Below the pieces are notes generated by a model that saw only the letters and a list, made by a program, of their open reading frames with translations, was not told where the DNA came from and made no database searches. A DNA stretch of 63,498 nucleotides, counting the filler, from Atractiella rhizophila (Eukaryota): the NCBI GenBank assembly GCA_021432655.1. It is 5 parts of 5 records of this genome, joined end to end, with 100 filler letters (N's around TTAATTAATTAA, not from the genome) between each part and the next. Parts side by side here need not be neighbours in the genome. Positions count along the whole stretch, not along the records: positions 28,208 to 58,825 come from MU271681.1; positions 58,926 to 61,026 come from MU271728.1; positions 61,127 to 62,327 come from MU271738.1; positions 62,428 to 63,498 come from MU271743.1; 1 more part is not named here. One strand, given 5' to 3'. The position numbers and the translations under genes were made by a program. This document shows, piece by piece, positions 51,331 through 62,940 of the stretch. How positions within the stretch are numbered: the first letter of the stretch is position 1; every line of letters begins with the position of its first letter.

Positions 51331-52762
51331 ATGACCCGCGAAACATCGCCCAAGCCACTCAGCCGCGCTCGGGAGCTGCTCTCCAAAGCCGCGGCCCCGT
51401 TCACAGTCGTCCTCCCACCAAGGGCAGTACCAACGCACGACGATCTTACCGCGGGCGACTATGAAACCACCCAGCCGAGCTTGCTCAGCCCGAGCAATCC
51501 GGCTTTCACGTATGAGCGCGGGGAGGGACCGAATGGTGGCATATTGGTCAATCGGAGGAGGGTGAGGAGGAAAGGTGAGCTTTTTGTTGTCGGAACAAGC
51601 TTCGAGGAGGGGAGGGGCATTCAGCCTAGTTGGGAAGGTTTGAGGGAGATCAGTGCATCGATCGTTGGTCTGTTTGACTGACAGGATGGTTCCATCTTTT
51701 GTTGTTGATGAAAGCAGAGTGAAGTTCATGCTGCATCAAAATGAACGCACTTTATTCTCATCCTTATTTCCCAGCTGCTAATGGAGAAATACCGACACCT
51801 GCATCAGAAAGCTGATTCAACGCCCAGATGGAAGGAGTTCAGCCTCCGAATCAGACGGCGCAATCTCCGAAGTCGACGTCCACTCCACGCCTCCCACCTC
51901 TCCCGCCGTCTCCACGACCTCCATCCCCTCCACCGGCGCAACCAAACCCACCGTCCCTGGACCCGTTTCTCCCTCCGAAATGCCCACCAAACCCGCCACC
52001 GCAGACGCACCTCCCACCTCTCCAATCGCAACCGAAGGTCGCTCTCCACGACGGAGCTCCACGATCCACTTCGCCCCTCTCCCCACCGGCAAACCCAAGA
52101 ACCGCTCCAACAGCATCTCCCTCGGCGTCTCCGCGCGCGCCAGTTTGATCAACGGATCCCCGGGCGCGCCGTTGACGAGGACGTTGAGTCCGGAGAGGGT
52201 GAATAGCGCCATACAGGCACAGAAGGAGGATGGGGATACCAAGTTCGTCATGCGAGCGAGCGAATTGGCCAAGGAGGCGGGGAGGACGGGGAAGGATGGG
52301 AAGGAGGAAAAGAGGGAGGCTGGTGCACGGGAGAAGAAGAAAACGGATGGTGCACAGGTTTCGGTGCCTGAGGAGGAGGATACTGTGGAGGAGGATGGCG
52401 GAGATGCGCTTAGGAGATCCAGTACTGGAACTTTTTCGGTATCCGAAGAGAAGGACGAGGCGCTTTCTCCTTTCCCTTCCTCTTCCACTACTAAATCCCG
52501 CACTACTTTGTCGGGCATGAAGGAACGAATGGAAGCGAGAAAAAAGGCGATCGAACGCAAGAAACATGTCTTGAATGGAACGGACGGAGCAGACAATATG
52601 GAAGAAGTGGACGTGGACGTCCCCGCGGATGTGGAGGATGAGGAAGGAGGGGAAGAGGCGGACGAGAGCGAGGATGAGAGCGCTAGGAGAAGCAAGATCG
52701 TTCAGGCCGCTGCGACTGAAGTTTATCATCGTCACCGAAAGAGCTCGCAGGGTAGCAGTTGA
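51331..52762 (+). CDS. Hypothetical low-complexity protein
   Basis: First exon from ATG 51331 ends at a GTGAGC donor. The long final exon contains IHFAPLP..RSNSISLGVSAR and acidic tracts. Exact splicing unresolved. Confidence 0.6.
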
Positions 52763-53321
52763 AGGAGTACAGCGCAGAATGCCTATTTGGTTTGGCTTTT
52801 GCCTTTTGGTTAATATTGAGATATGAGGAATGGCCACCGGCCACGGTTTGTTTCGTGCTTCAGTATCTGTGTTTCAGTGCCCAATGTTGTTGATCATGAT
52901 ATGGTTAAGGAGGAAAAGGTTGGAGAATTCGCTGTGTAAATTTTGTCCTTCTGCTGCCTGAATACGGCACTTTCCCATGTAGATAATTGTCAAGCTATTG
53001 TATTGTCTTTGGACCATCGACTTTCCCAACAGAATGACACACCTTCAGACACAGAGTAAGAATATTTCATTTACGAAGACCTATTACCCTCCTTATGTAC
53101 AGGATTTTCCACCTAAAATGTCCATCGTGCTGAATACCCGCTAGGTATGACGACTATGCCGATCCGACAACGTTAAACAGAACATAGAAAGATCCAAAGC
53201 CTAAGATACACTGATCGAGTAGAGAAAGAGAAGGGGAAGGGATGTGTAGGTGAATGTTGATCAATAGGAGTAAAAAGGACTGTAGTGTTAAAACGTCGGT
53301 ATTGGTATTGATCGTGAACAG

Positions 53322-55190
53322 TTAAAATTCATGTTCGAGGGCTTTACACCTCATTAGTTCCGTTGCATCCTCAGGGAAATGGGACGCACCATCCTCGTCG
53401 CCCGTCCTCCTCCTACCCGCTCCCTGTCCCTGTCTCCCAGAACCGACAGGTTCATCGTAAGCCCTCGCATCCGCTTCACCACCAAAGAACCCGATTCCCT
53501 CCCTCCTCTCCCACTCATCTCCTCCTCCTCCTCCACTATTCCCAACCCGAGAATTATCCTCGTACGTCCTCTTCCTCGCCCTCTCCATCCTATCGAACCT
53601 ATCCGGCTCCTGTCGCGAACTCGTGCCCGTGACGAGGTTGCGGATCTTCGACCCTCCCCCTCCATGATGTCTCCCCGAATGTGCTGAAGAAGCGGCGTTG
53701 GAGTCCTGGAGGCCATCGGTGGCGTAAAACTCCTCGACGTCTTCGTCCCTTCCGGACCTATGAGCTTTGTTCCTCGCGGACGAAGCTCCGGTGGCATAGT
53801 CGTATCCGTCTTCTACCTCTTCCGCATCAATCACATCTTTCCCTATTCGTCCCATGCGAATTAGTCATGCTGAATGATGAAATGGAGGAGGGAATACGAA
53901 CAGGGCGATAGGCGTTCCAAAGCTTTGTGTCGCGGTCCGCCGGAGTAGAGGTCGTCTTTTGGTGGCGGTTCAGGCCCTCTTCCGTCCCACGAAGCGGATT
54001 GAGACGGAGATCCAGAGGATGCATCGTCCTCGTAGTCGTTGTAGGCAGTACGTTCTGGGTGAGAGGAAAACAGGTTAGTTGGGGTCGTTCGTTTGAAACA
54101 AAGTGGTAATATAAAATAAGAGGAAGTTTAAGTGCTAACATGCTTATGGTCATGCACGCCAATCAATGGATATACTAGAGCAGAACTGATCCAAAGTCTG
54201 CAGGATAATGTCAACTGGACGCTGTAATTAGATGCAGAAGACATCGACGTCTAAACACACATATAAAACACACATAAATGCGGGCACGGTCTCGTCACAA
54301 CGGAATTATCCGCTCAGTTTATCAGAAAGTATCAGTATGTTCTGGGAGTTAGTTGCATAAGTCACATATACCCTGATGCAGCGTTCTAACATTGGCTGTT
54401 ACTTGAAATAGGAGTTTTTAAATTGACATGACAAGTTTAATGTCTAACCCTAGGTCCAAGGTACAGAGGCTGTTCACTTCAGAATTATGACTAGTTCCGC
54501 GGTTCTCCCCTCCCAAGTACTGTTCCTTCTAGCAACAGTGCAACCACTCAATCATTGCATTTGATGAAATGGCAATGCATAGAGGAGGACGAGAAGACTT
54601 GTCGTATACTGATATAGAGAAAGAATAGCCTGATACGAACCAAGGCTAGATGGGGTTACAGGACAAGGCACAAAATGGCACCTATTCAAACACTCACATC
54701 CCCTCGTCCACAGAGTTCTGTAGAACTAGAGAGCATGGGACCTTACGCTCTTCAAGCTCACGCTTTGGAGAGACAAAGGGAGATGAGCACTGACATCTCG
54801 AGGTACGTTTGGCTCAGGAGATAGCCAAGACAACCTGCAGGGGAATTGTTCCACTCCGATCCAGTACCAACCCAACGCAGCACCCATGTCAAACCCAAAA
54901 AGAGACAACGTACCCTCATACCGGTTGGCCCACTGGCGCTTCGGATTCTTCTTCGGGTCCTTCACATGGACCAGCCCATACCTGATCGCCCACTTTGGCG
55001 TCCTCGCCCTGTTCTTATTGTTCCTGATGTTCTGGAGGTAGAAGTTGTGGAAGTGGCCGGGGAAGTAGCCGCAGAGGGTGAGGATGATGTTGAGGAAGAA
55101 ATCCTTGCCGACTCCGAATCGGACGAGGACGGCGAGCGGTGGCGCGAACCAGCCGCAGACTATGACTATGGAGCTGCACCATAGACGCAT
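53322..55190 (-). CDS. Pmp3/UPF0057 proteolipid-family protein with a long hydrophilic tail
   Basis: PPLAVLVRFGVGKDFFLNIILTLCGYFPG. Intron 54913-54055 joins RYE|ERTAYNDY in frame. Ends ALEHEF*. Confidence 0.85.
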
Positions 55191-56174
55191 TCGATTCAAC
55201 CCATCTTTAAGGAGGAGAGGAGGAGAAGGATGAACGGACTAGAAGAGGATAGAGGCCTTCTTGTGTTTGACGGTATGAGTGAGATCCTTCTTCGAGGGGG
55301 CCTTTCATAGTACACGGTCAGCTTACTAGCACTGCAATAATAAAAGAATAAGAGAATGCATGCCTTAATTTTGACCATGTTCGCAACCGCGAGTGCGCCT
55401 CGCCTCCAGGCTACAGTAAGTTATGAGCGCACGGTCGTTCGGGATGCTGTCCGCTGGCCGGGTTGCGAGCTGCGAATGTGCGAGCGGGAGAGCTGTGTCT
55501 TAGCGTGGCAAAGGCGTAAAGACTGCCGTATGAGAGAGGCTGAGTGCGAGAGTGCGAGTGCAGGTCACCGCAATCGATTTCAAGTCTTTGTTGGTTCCGT
55601 CGGGTTACACTTAGTGTCGGAGTAGTGATGGGCTAACTAGAGAAGCACTAACAAAGCCGTTCCCATAATAAATCTGTTTCCTCCAGCAGAACTGAGGCAA
55701 GCCCCATGGTTGGTGAAACAGTGGTTTTATTCTCTTTGTGAGCTTAACAGAGTGCTCAATTTACAGACGTTATTATATTGTGAGCCTTTCTTTCTGTGCT
55801 TGATATGTCAACTGCACGTTCGGACCATTTTCAAGGAAAGGTCTCTAAGGCTTGAGACCTGGGCACTTTAATTTACTGTTGGGAAATGTCGTTGTGATGC
55901 ATGATGCATCATGTTCCAATTCGTTCGAATAGTCTAGCAAAAGATATAAAGCCATCAATAAGTTCAAACTAGCCATCAGCTACACGCTTGCTGCAATTTA
56001 TCCAAACGAATCCATCGTAGTTTCTGAATTCCCTTTCACCTGTGAGGCGGTTGAATTCAGCAATTTACAGACCTGTCAAGTATGACAAGTGAATCAGTAA
56101 TGCGATGAGCACGATAAATACGTAGCATGCCTACGAGAGAACCTAACACCGTGACTTAGCTCCAGACTCTAGAC

Positions 56175-57755
56175 ATGGAGTCACATCAGCACGAAGGAGT
56201 GCCAATTTTCCATTTCTATCAATACGACCGAGACGACGACGTCGATTTACACACTGCAGAGCCACATCCGCTTTCAGAGTCTCCATACGAACAGGTCGTT
56301 CTGAGCTGGACGCAGTCCTTTGCTCTATCCACTTCCGTAGAAAAGATATATCTACACCTCTTGGCTTCAGATTGGGATGGAGAGTGCGAACGACAACACG
56401 TGGTTGATGTGCCAACCCATGCATCTTCCCTCCATATCTACTACGCAGGATATAAGGAGCAGAAACGAACGACAGACGTGGTGATACTTGACCCACTCAA
56501 AGTCTTCATCGCTGATTCTCAGCTTCAACATCAAGTGGTTCGTACTTTCCAAGCCAGCGTCACGCGTACATCTGGAGCCCTATCCATTGATCCTGACGAT
56601 TTTGCTTTCATCCCCTCCGGATGGAGGACTTCTGCTATCTTTCAACTTTCCACGAAAACCTCCGAACCCCTTTTTGACAGATTACCACTTGAAACTTTGG
56701 ACAAGATCCTCGAATCAGTATTAGAGCATGAAGAGGGATACGAACTTTGTACCACGACTTGCTCTGCGTGGAAGGAACGAGCGCTGATATTGATGGTCGA
56801 GCCATCCAACGGCCAGCTCAAGTTAAGGCATCTGACCTCGTTTCCTCAAATCATGAAATGTTGGAATCAACTCAACTTCTTAGTCGAAGATGTGGAAGCA
56901 GGAGTGGATTTCCAACGTCTCGTCTATGCAACTCTGGATTTCCAGCCTGCAGTCACAGAGATCGAACTTGATTGTCCTCCTTCTTTCAGAGCGCAAGGGG
57001 CCCTCAGTTTGTTGGAAGAATTGAGCACCATTAGTCGCCCTGGACTTTCCAATTGGCCTCAAACTATCTTGGAGAGCTTCTTACGGAACACTAAATCGTG
57101 GGACAATTTCGAGACACTTCATCTGACAAGCACTGATCGAGCGCTGATATTACGACAGGAAATCAATGCCGTGCCGACTTTCAGACCTGGACCATCCGAA
57201 CTCACTCTCCTCGTCTTGAGCAACCTTTACATCACACCCATCATCGCATCCTTATTGGACGCTCCAAATCTCAAAGACCTCACGCTTGAAAATTGTTTGC
57301 CTTTTGACCTGGCGGCGCATTCGCGACATCCAACTATCACCAACTTCGTCTTCCGCTTCTCCGATCCATCCAACAAAATAGGTCGCTTTGAATTTCGGCA
57401 CACTCTCATCCTCTCCCGCCCACTCAATCTCTCAGTCTTTCCCAATCTCACAGATGTAGTCATCGAAGGAGGACATGAAAACAGCGGCGTCCTCCCCATC
57501 AATACATTTCAAACGCCAGTGCTCCTCCTCTTGGTGAATTTGAAGGAACTCGAGCTCCGCTTCTGTTCGTTGGAATTCGATGGCTTCATACCTCTCATTG
57601 AACGGCTTTTGCCTAGAGAGGCGATGGTTTGGGTTCACCTCTTTTATGGCGAATGGACCAACTTGGACGTACAAACGGCTGCAGTAAGAGCTGGCGAACT
57701 CGGTGGTAATAATTTGGATGATTATGAGAGACCATACTTTTACTTGGGTGGTTAA
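56175..57755 (+). CDS. Intronless F-box-like/LRR protein, paralog of 43520-45052
   Basis: FDRLPLETLDKILESV...TTTCSAWK. Shares motifs with the paralog: KI.LH.L..DW.G, W.Q..L..FL..T.SW, GGHE.S and LF.GEW. Confidence 0.8.
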   Translation: MESHQHEGVPIFHFYQYDRDDDVDLHTAEPHPLSESPYEQVVLSWTQSFALSTSVEKIYLHLLASDWDGECERQHVVDVPTHASSLHIYYAGYKEQKRTTDVVILDPLKVFIADSQLQHQVVRTFQASVTRTSGALSIDPDDFAFIPSGWRTSAIFQLSTKTSEPLFDRLPLETLDKILESVLEHEEGYELCTTTCSAWKERALILMVEPSNGQLKLRHLTSFPQIMKCWNQLNFLVEDVEAGVDFQRLVYATLDFQPAVTEIELDCPPSFRAQGALSLLEELSTISRPGLSNWPQTILESFLRNTKSWDNFETLHLTSTDRALILRQEINAVPTFRPGPSELTLLVLSNLYITPIIASLLDAPNLKDLTLENCLPFDLAAHSRHPTITNFVFRFSDPSNKIGRFEFRHTLILSRPLNLSVFPNLTDVVIEGGHENSGVLPINTFQTPVLLLLVNLKELELRFCSLEFDGFIPLIERLLPREAMVWVHLFYGEWTNLDVQTAAVRAGELGGNNLDDYERPYFYLGG

Positions 57756-58825
57756 ATAGAAACCTTGCACTAAATTTGACAAAATTGTGTCTTTCAGATC
57801 GTCTCTTTCGTTCACAAAAGGGTATCCTTTGGACGAGCATCCAAACCAACATTGAAATTTCATGACCAGTATTTCTACCTTGAATATTGAATAGCACAAA
57901 GACATGAAATACATTTGACAACGCGGGAGCGGCTACGAATGGGATGAAAGTGCCAAGACCGGAAGATCATGAAGAAAATCATGGCCGGTTTTGAAAATGA
58001 CGTGTGTCACGAAATTGCACACTTCAAAAACCTCCTGGAAGAATGCAAGGAGCGTACGATAGTTAAGATTGCGACTCTGAAGAATGTCGGGGCTTGTTCC
58101 ACGTAATAAACACCTCACAGACAGCATTGAAAACATGAACAGCAGATCGCCAGGCATACTAGAATCGCCTTTGGTAAATCTTTTGACAATTAAAACAAAG
58201 CCTAAAGCGTTGAATGTTGTGTCCACTGGGTCGCCGTCTGTCCTCATTCCTGCTACCAAACAACGCAGAAACAAAGCGACGGGGCAGCCTGCATGTTCTG
58301 TTCTAACAAAAGTTTCTTCTTCAATTTTGCTACAAAGTGTCGACGCCCACATATTCGACAAATCATAGAAACACCAGCGTGTCTTAGCCTCGCAGCTCGA
58401 AGAAGTTTAGCTCTTCGAAACCCAAGATCAGATTTAACATTGCAGTCCTGTCTATGGAGGACGAAAAGGAGACCGGTACAGGTACTGGCTTGCCGCGTTC
58501 AACCTCACTTTCCCCCTACTAAACTTTTGCCATTCAAATGCTAGAGAACGGTGGGGACTCATCGAGGTCGACGTTGTTCTTCCAATGAGATTGCCAAAGA
58601 CGAGTTCGCGAGTTCCTCGAACGGCGTAGAATCTGAAGTGACTACTGAAAAGACGAAACTATGTTTGCGAATGAGCACGACTTGAGGACAACACATAAGT
58701 TTCGAACAGGACTTCAATTCAAGTGGTGTTAGTCTACACAGGAGTTGTAGTCACTCCGAGACTGACCGGACAAATGAACTCTAACGAGTTTTGAAACGCT
58801 GGTGTGTAAGTCGTACTTTATGTTT

Positions 58826-58925
58826 NNNNNNNNNNNNNNNNNNNNNNNNNNNNNNNNNNNNNNNNNNNNTTAATTAATTAANNNNNNNNNNNNNNNNNNN
58901 NNNNNNNNNNNNNNNNNNNNNNNNN
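58826..58925. other. Artificial contig linker
   Basis: N run / TTAATTAATTAA / N run. Confidence 0.97.
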
Positions 58926-59594
58926 TGCGATGAGGGGAGAAGGCGCGCGGAGGTGGGTGCTCGTGCGCAGAGCAGAGCGAAGGAGAGACATCGTCGATTT
59001 TTGGGTGGTGTTCAAGTCTGCTGGGGGGACGATTGGGGACTTGAGGGGCTCCGTTGCTGCTTGTCTCTCTTCCAGACTCACACTGAAAGGACTTCGAATT
59101 ATTTTGCATTTATATAAACAACAATTCAGCGATTTCATCTCACTTTCCATACCGGAGTCAAGTCATTTCAGTCAAATCGTAGTACCTAGAAGCGTCCAAC
59201 GTCAAGGCTCCCACCAGGGCCGCCACTGATTCCTGGGAGCCTGAGTGCTGTTGTTGAAGGAGCGGTCATTCTGTTGAAGTTTCCTGTCGTAGAGCATCCG
59301 CCTCTTCTCATCCTCCAATACCTCTTTCGCTGTAAGGATCTGTTCGGTTATAGCGTTAGGCAAAAAGTGAGGAGTCAAGGAACAACTGTACTAGTTTGAA
59401 AATACCGTCATCTGTCAGATATGTTATCTCTATTCGAGTGAAAGTGGAATAGAAACTCACGTCCACCTTTATCAGGGTGAACTTGCAGCAAAAGGGTTAG
59501 CCTCATGTGGCATGGACGACGAAATACATACACTGCAGCGAAAGTTTCTTGTAAGCTTTGTTAATTTCTGATAAGTTGGCTGTTTGATCAATTT

Positions 59595-60840
59595 TCAGCA
59601 ACTTGGAAGGATGATCAGCTCGACAGTATTAGAAACCTTCACCATTGGAGAGCTCACTTGGTAATAGTTCAGCTTTTGCATATAACCAAATATGCTCTCC
59701 ATCACACTCGTCCTCATCTGCTGTATTTTCGATTTAAATCCATCACTTTCCTCCTCCTTCGTCTTCAAAGCAACTTTCAGCTCCGCTACCTCCTTTCTGC
59801 TCTCGTTCAGCAAAGCTTTTGCGTTGTTAAGGTGACAGAGTTGCTCTTTCGCCTCCACAGAGGCTTGGTTCCTTTCCGTTGTTATTTTGTTCCGGAGGTC
59901 CGTAACCAGAGTCTGATACTGAGAGACTTCAGCTTCTCGCGCCAATCGCTCCTGCGCAGCCTTCTCCTCGTATTTGTTTTTCAGCTCTGAGGATATACGG
60001 CGCTGCATATCCGCGCCATAAGTCTCGAATACGAGTCTCTCTTCTTCGATATTTAGATGCAATCGGGAACACGCCGATCGATCGCACTTTGCCGTGCAAA
60101 TGGAGGCAATGCGCAAGTCTGGGAAATTCCATCCATGAGACGCGGCGAACGGGCAGAATCGCTCAAGGGGACAGCTACCGGTCCTAGCTTTGATTATGCA
60201 TGGTTGATCGTTCGTGGTCTCTCGAGCTTCAGAGAAGAGGCCGAATGTGGAAAGCTTCGCCTGTGCCTCGGAGATGTTGTTTTTCTCGAGCAACTCTCGG
60301 ACGCTGGAGGCTGACGTCGTTCTGTCAAAACACCATGAGACAAGTTCAAGAGGATTCTCGGGTGGAAACGCACTGCTTCGGTTTGGCGTATCCACTCGGT
60401 GAGTATTGTGCAGAAGACCTGGCACCTCAACGTTGGCACGCTCGAGGCAAGGTAACACTACTCACGAAGCATTTAAAGTGTATGAATACTGAGTGGATCG
60501 CTCAGTCGGCCTTGCAGTTTGTTCGATATCAACTATTTCTGGGGTGCGATATCCAGAGGATGACGATCCAGCGAAAGGCGACGAGGTGTTCCGGTTGATC
60601 TCTTCATCGCTATCGAACCCATCTCGAGGCGGCGGAGCATTCTTCCTTCCAGACCTGTCGGAAATGCCGCTGGAAGATTCACTGGTCGGAGGGGAAGTGG
60701 AGTTGCTGTCATCTTCTTCATGACTGTCAGAATACTTTTGATAGGGCGGATTGTATTTTCTTCTTGTGCTGTCATGTTCTTCATGATTGTCAGGACGCTT
60801 TCGATGGGGTGGATCGTATTTTCCACTTGTCCTGTCGATT
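59595..60840 (-). CDS. Hypothetical protein with a Cys/His cluster and a coiled coil (partial model)
   Basis: 287-aa ORF with CPLERFCPFAASH and CTAKCDRSACSRLH followed by an E/K/L heptad region. Upstream exon-like segment at about 60480-60840. Confidence 0.55.
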
Positions 60841-61026
60841 CTATTAATTATCTATTAGTATTTTGAGTACAGTTGAGGATAGCTCATACGGCGTTCCGCC
60901 TTCGTTGAGATTCCATTGTCCCTGACGACATCCCAGGCTTGGAACAATTAACGCCACGATTTATGATAGTAGACAAGAGACTCACTCTTCCTTTACCTCT
61001 CGTCTCCAAACTTTCTCCACCTTCCA

Positions 61027-61126
61027 NNNNNNNNNNNNNNNNNNNNNNNNNNNNNNNNNNNNNNNNNNNNTTAATTAATTAANNNNNNNNNNNNNNNNNN
61101 NNNNNNNNNNNNNNNNNNNNNNNNNN
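61027..61126. other. Artificial contig linker
   Basis: N run / TTAATTAATTAA / N run. Confidence 0.97.
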
Positions 61127-61703
61127 CTTCTAAGGTGGTAAAGGAACGTTTGAGGGTCACAAATCTGTTCTGATCATCGAAATTGAGCGAAATTTGAGTG
61201 TGGGGGGTGAAAATTGTGGTCTGGAGGAGGGGGAAGGCGATAGGTGTGACCAAATGTAATCCTAGCCACCAGCTGAGAGAATCTGATGCTGGATGGAGCT
61301 AGGGGACAGGGATTGGTGGTCACAGATGATGACATTGATAGGAAACACATACCTAGGGGACAGGGATTGGTGGTCAAAGATGATGACCGCCTAAACTGCC
61401 CCCTAGGGGGCTAAAACTCCGAAGTGAAGCAAACACAACAAAGGTGGCTGACCACACAACACAAGACCATGAAATATAATACCTAATCCAACACTCCCAC
61501 CTGGGCAGCTACCTCTTGAAGCTCCCACCAAATCCAAGAACCAAAGAAAGCTCCCACCGAATGTAAACAGCGTTGAATAGTATGACACAAAAAGACATGT
61601 TAATTGATTGTCTAAAACAACTAGAGAGATCCTCGTACCGCTTAGAGCGGCGTCTTATAACCCCCAGAAGGAGGACAGAGTTATATTGCGCCCGATAACT
61701 GCC

Positions 61704-62327
61704 TCATACACTTGGGTAGGGGCGCAGACCCATCATTTCACGGAATTTGGAGACTCCAGCAACCGGTAAAGCCTTGGTGAGGATGTCTGCAGGCATAGAC
61801 TCGCCAGGACAGAAGACTGGGGCGATGAGTCCAGATTCTACTGTGTCCCTGAGCCAGTAGAAGCGAAGATCCAAGTGCTTCATGCGCCCGTGGTGCTCCA
61901 GATTCTTGCTGACTTGCAAAGCGCTGTTGCTGTCCGTGAAAAGTGTTGTCGAACCTTTTGGAGCGAATCCAATCTCTTGCAGAAGACTTCTGAGCCAAAC
62001 CACCTCTTGCCCTGCTGATACCCCTGAGATGTACTCTGCCTCCGTGGTTGAGAGTGCCACAAGAGACTGCAACTTGCTACTCCAGCTAACAGCTCCTCCT
62101 CCAACGGTTAAGAGGTATCCTCCAGTAGAGCGGCCAGTATCCTTGCAACCTGCAAAGTCTGCATCACAATATGCCTTGAATGGTTGAGAGATATCACAAT
62201 CTGAGGCAGAGTACTCAATGCACATGTCCTGAGTGCCCTTGAGATAGCGCATGAGGTGTTTGGCAGCTTCCCAGTGCCTCTTGCCAGGATTGGACAGGAA
62301 TTTTCCGAGGACAGAGACAGTGTGGGC
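61704..62327 (-). mobile_element. Ty1/copia LTR retrotransposon pol fragment (RT C-terminus plus RNase H)
   Basis: HLMRYLKGT, YCDADFAGCKDTGRSTGGY, VSWSSKLQSLVALSTTEAEY, KHLDLRFYWLRD and MPADILTKAL. Frame is open to the contig edge. Confidence 0.95.
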
Positions 62328-62427
62328 NNNNNNNNNNNNNNNNNNNNNNNNNNNNNNNNNNNNNNNNNNNNTTAATTAATTAANNNNNNNNNNNNNNNNN
62401 NNNNNNNNNNNNNNNNNNNNNNNNNNN
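62328..62427. other. Artificial contig linker
   Basis: N run / TTAATTAATTAA / N run. Confidence 0.97.
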
Positions 62428-62450
62428 CCTGATGCTTATAGGGATCGATA

Positions 62451-62717
62451 GATGACCATCACATCCTCGTCGAACCCGCCGTCGCGGCTCTTGCACTTTT
62501 CTATGCAGATGGAGTGCCAGAACTCTTGAAGAAGACATGCAAGGATCTGCTGAAGGATAGAGCACCGGTGTTTGTCATTGTTGTTTGTGGAGGGAGTCAG
62601 GAGTCGATGGCAAAGTGGATGGAGTGGAAAAGACGGTTTGAGGATGTGGCGCTGCGGGATATTAAGGTCTTTCGTGGCTGGATGGGTGAAGGTGACGGTT
62701 CGTTTCCACAAACCTGA
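62451..62717 (+). CDS. C-terminal exon of a PLP-dependent L-serine/threonine dehydratase (Cha1-like), partial
   Basis: After an AG acceptor: DHHILVEPAVAALALFYADG...VFVIVVCGGS. LVEPA and VCGGS are the family's C-terminal motifs. Confidence 0.7.
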   Translation, partial: DDHHILVEPAVAALALFYADGVPELLKKTCKDLLKDRAPVFVIVVCGGSQESMAKWMEWKRRFEDVALRDIKVFRGWMGEGDGSFPQT

Positions 62718-62940
62718 TCCCACCAAATATGGTTACAGTGTATCGTTATATCTCATTTGGACTTCCAGATACCAATGGAACCTGTTGAAATATCAAGGCA
62801 TAAATGAAACATCCTCCATCCATGACTTTATGATAGCTGACAACATTGCTTAGACGAAGCATTACGTCCTGCAACAGGATATCAGCTCGCACAAAGCAGT
62901 GACGTTAGAGCACTACCTCAATCAGTTTGACGCGTCGTCG

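Noticed and set aside
51817..52837. Long antisense ORFs (292 and 328 aa)
   Set aside because: They are shadows of a GC-rich low-complexity coding exon on the plus strand. The same applies to antisense ORFs over RSC8 and 34789-36447.
57933..58361. 142-aa minus-strand ORF
   Set aside because: No motif or splice support; not distinguishable from chance.
61299..61387. Repeat-spacer-repeat resembling a mini CRISPR array
   Set aside because: Only two units with a 19-nt spacer, in a eukaryotic retrotransposon context, with no cas genes.
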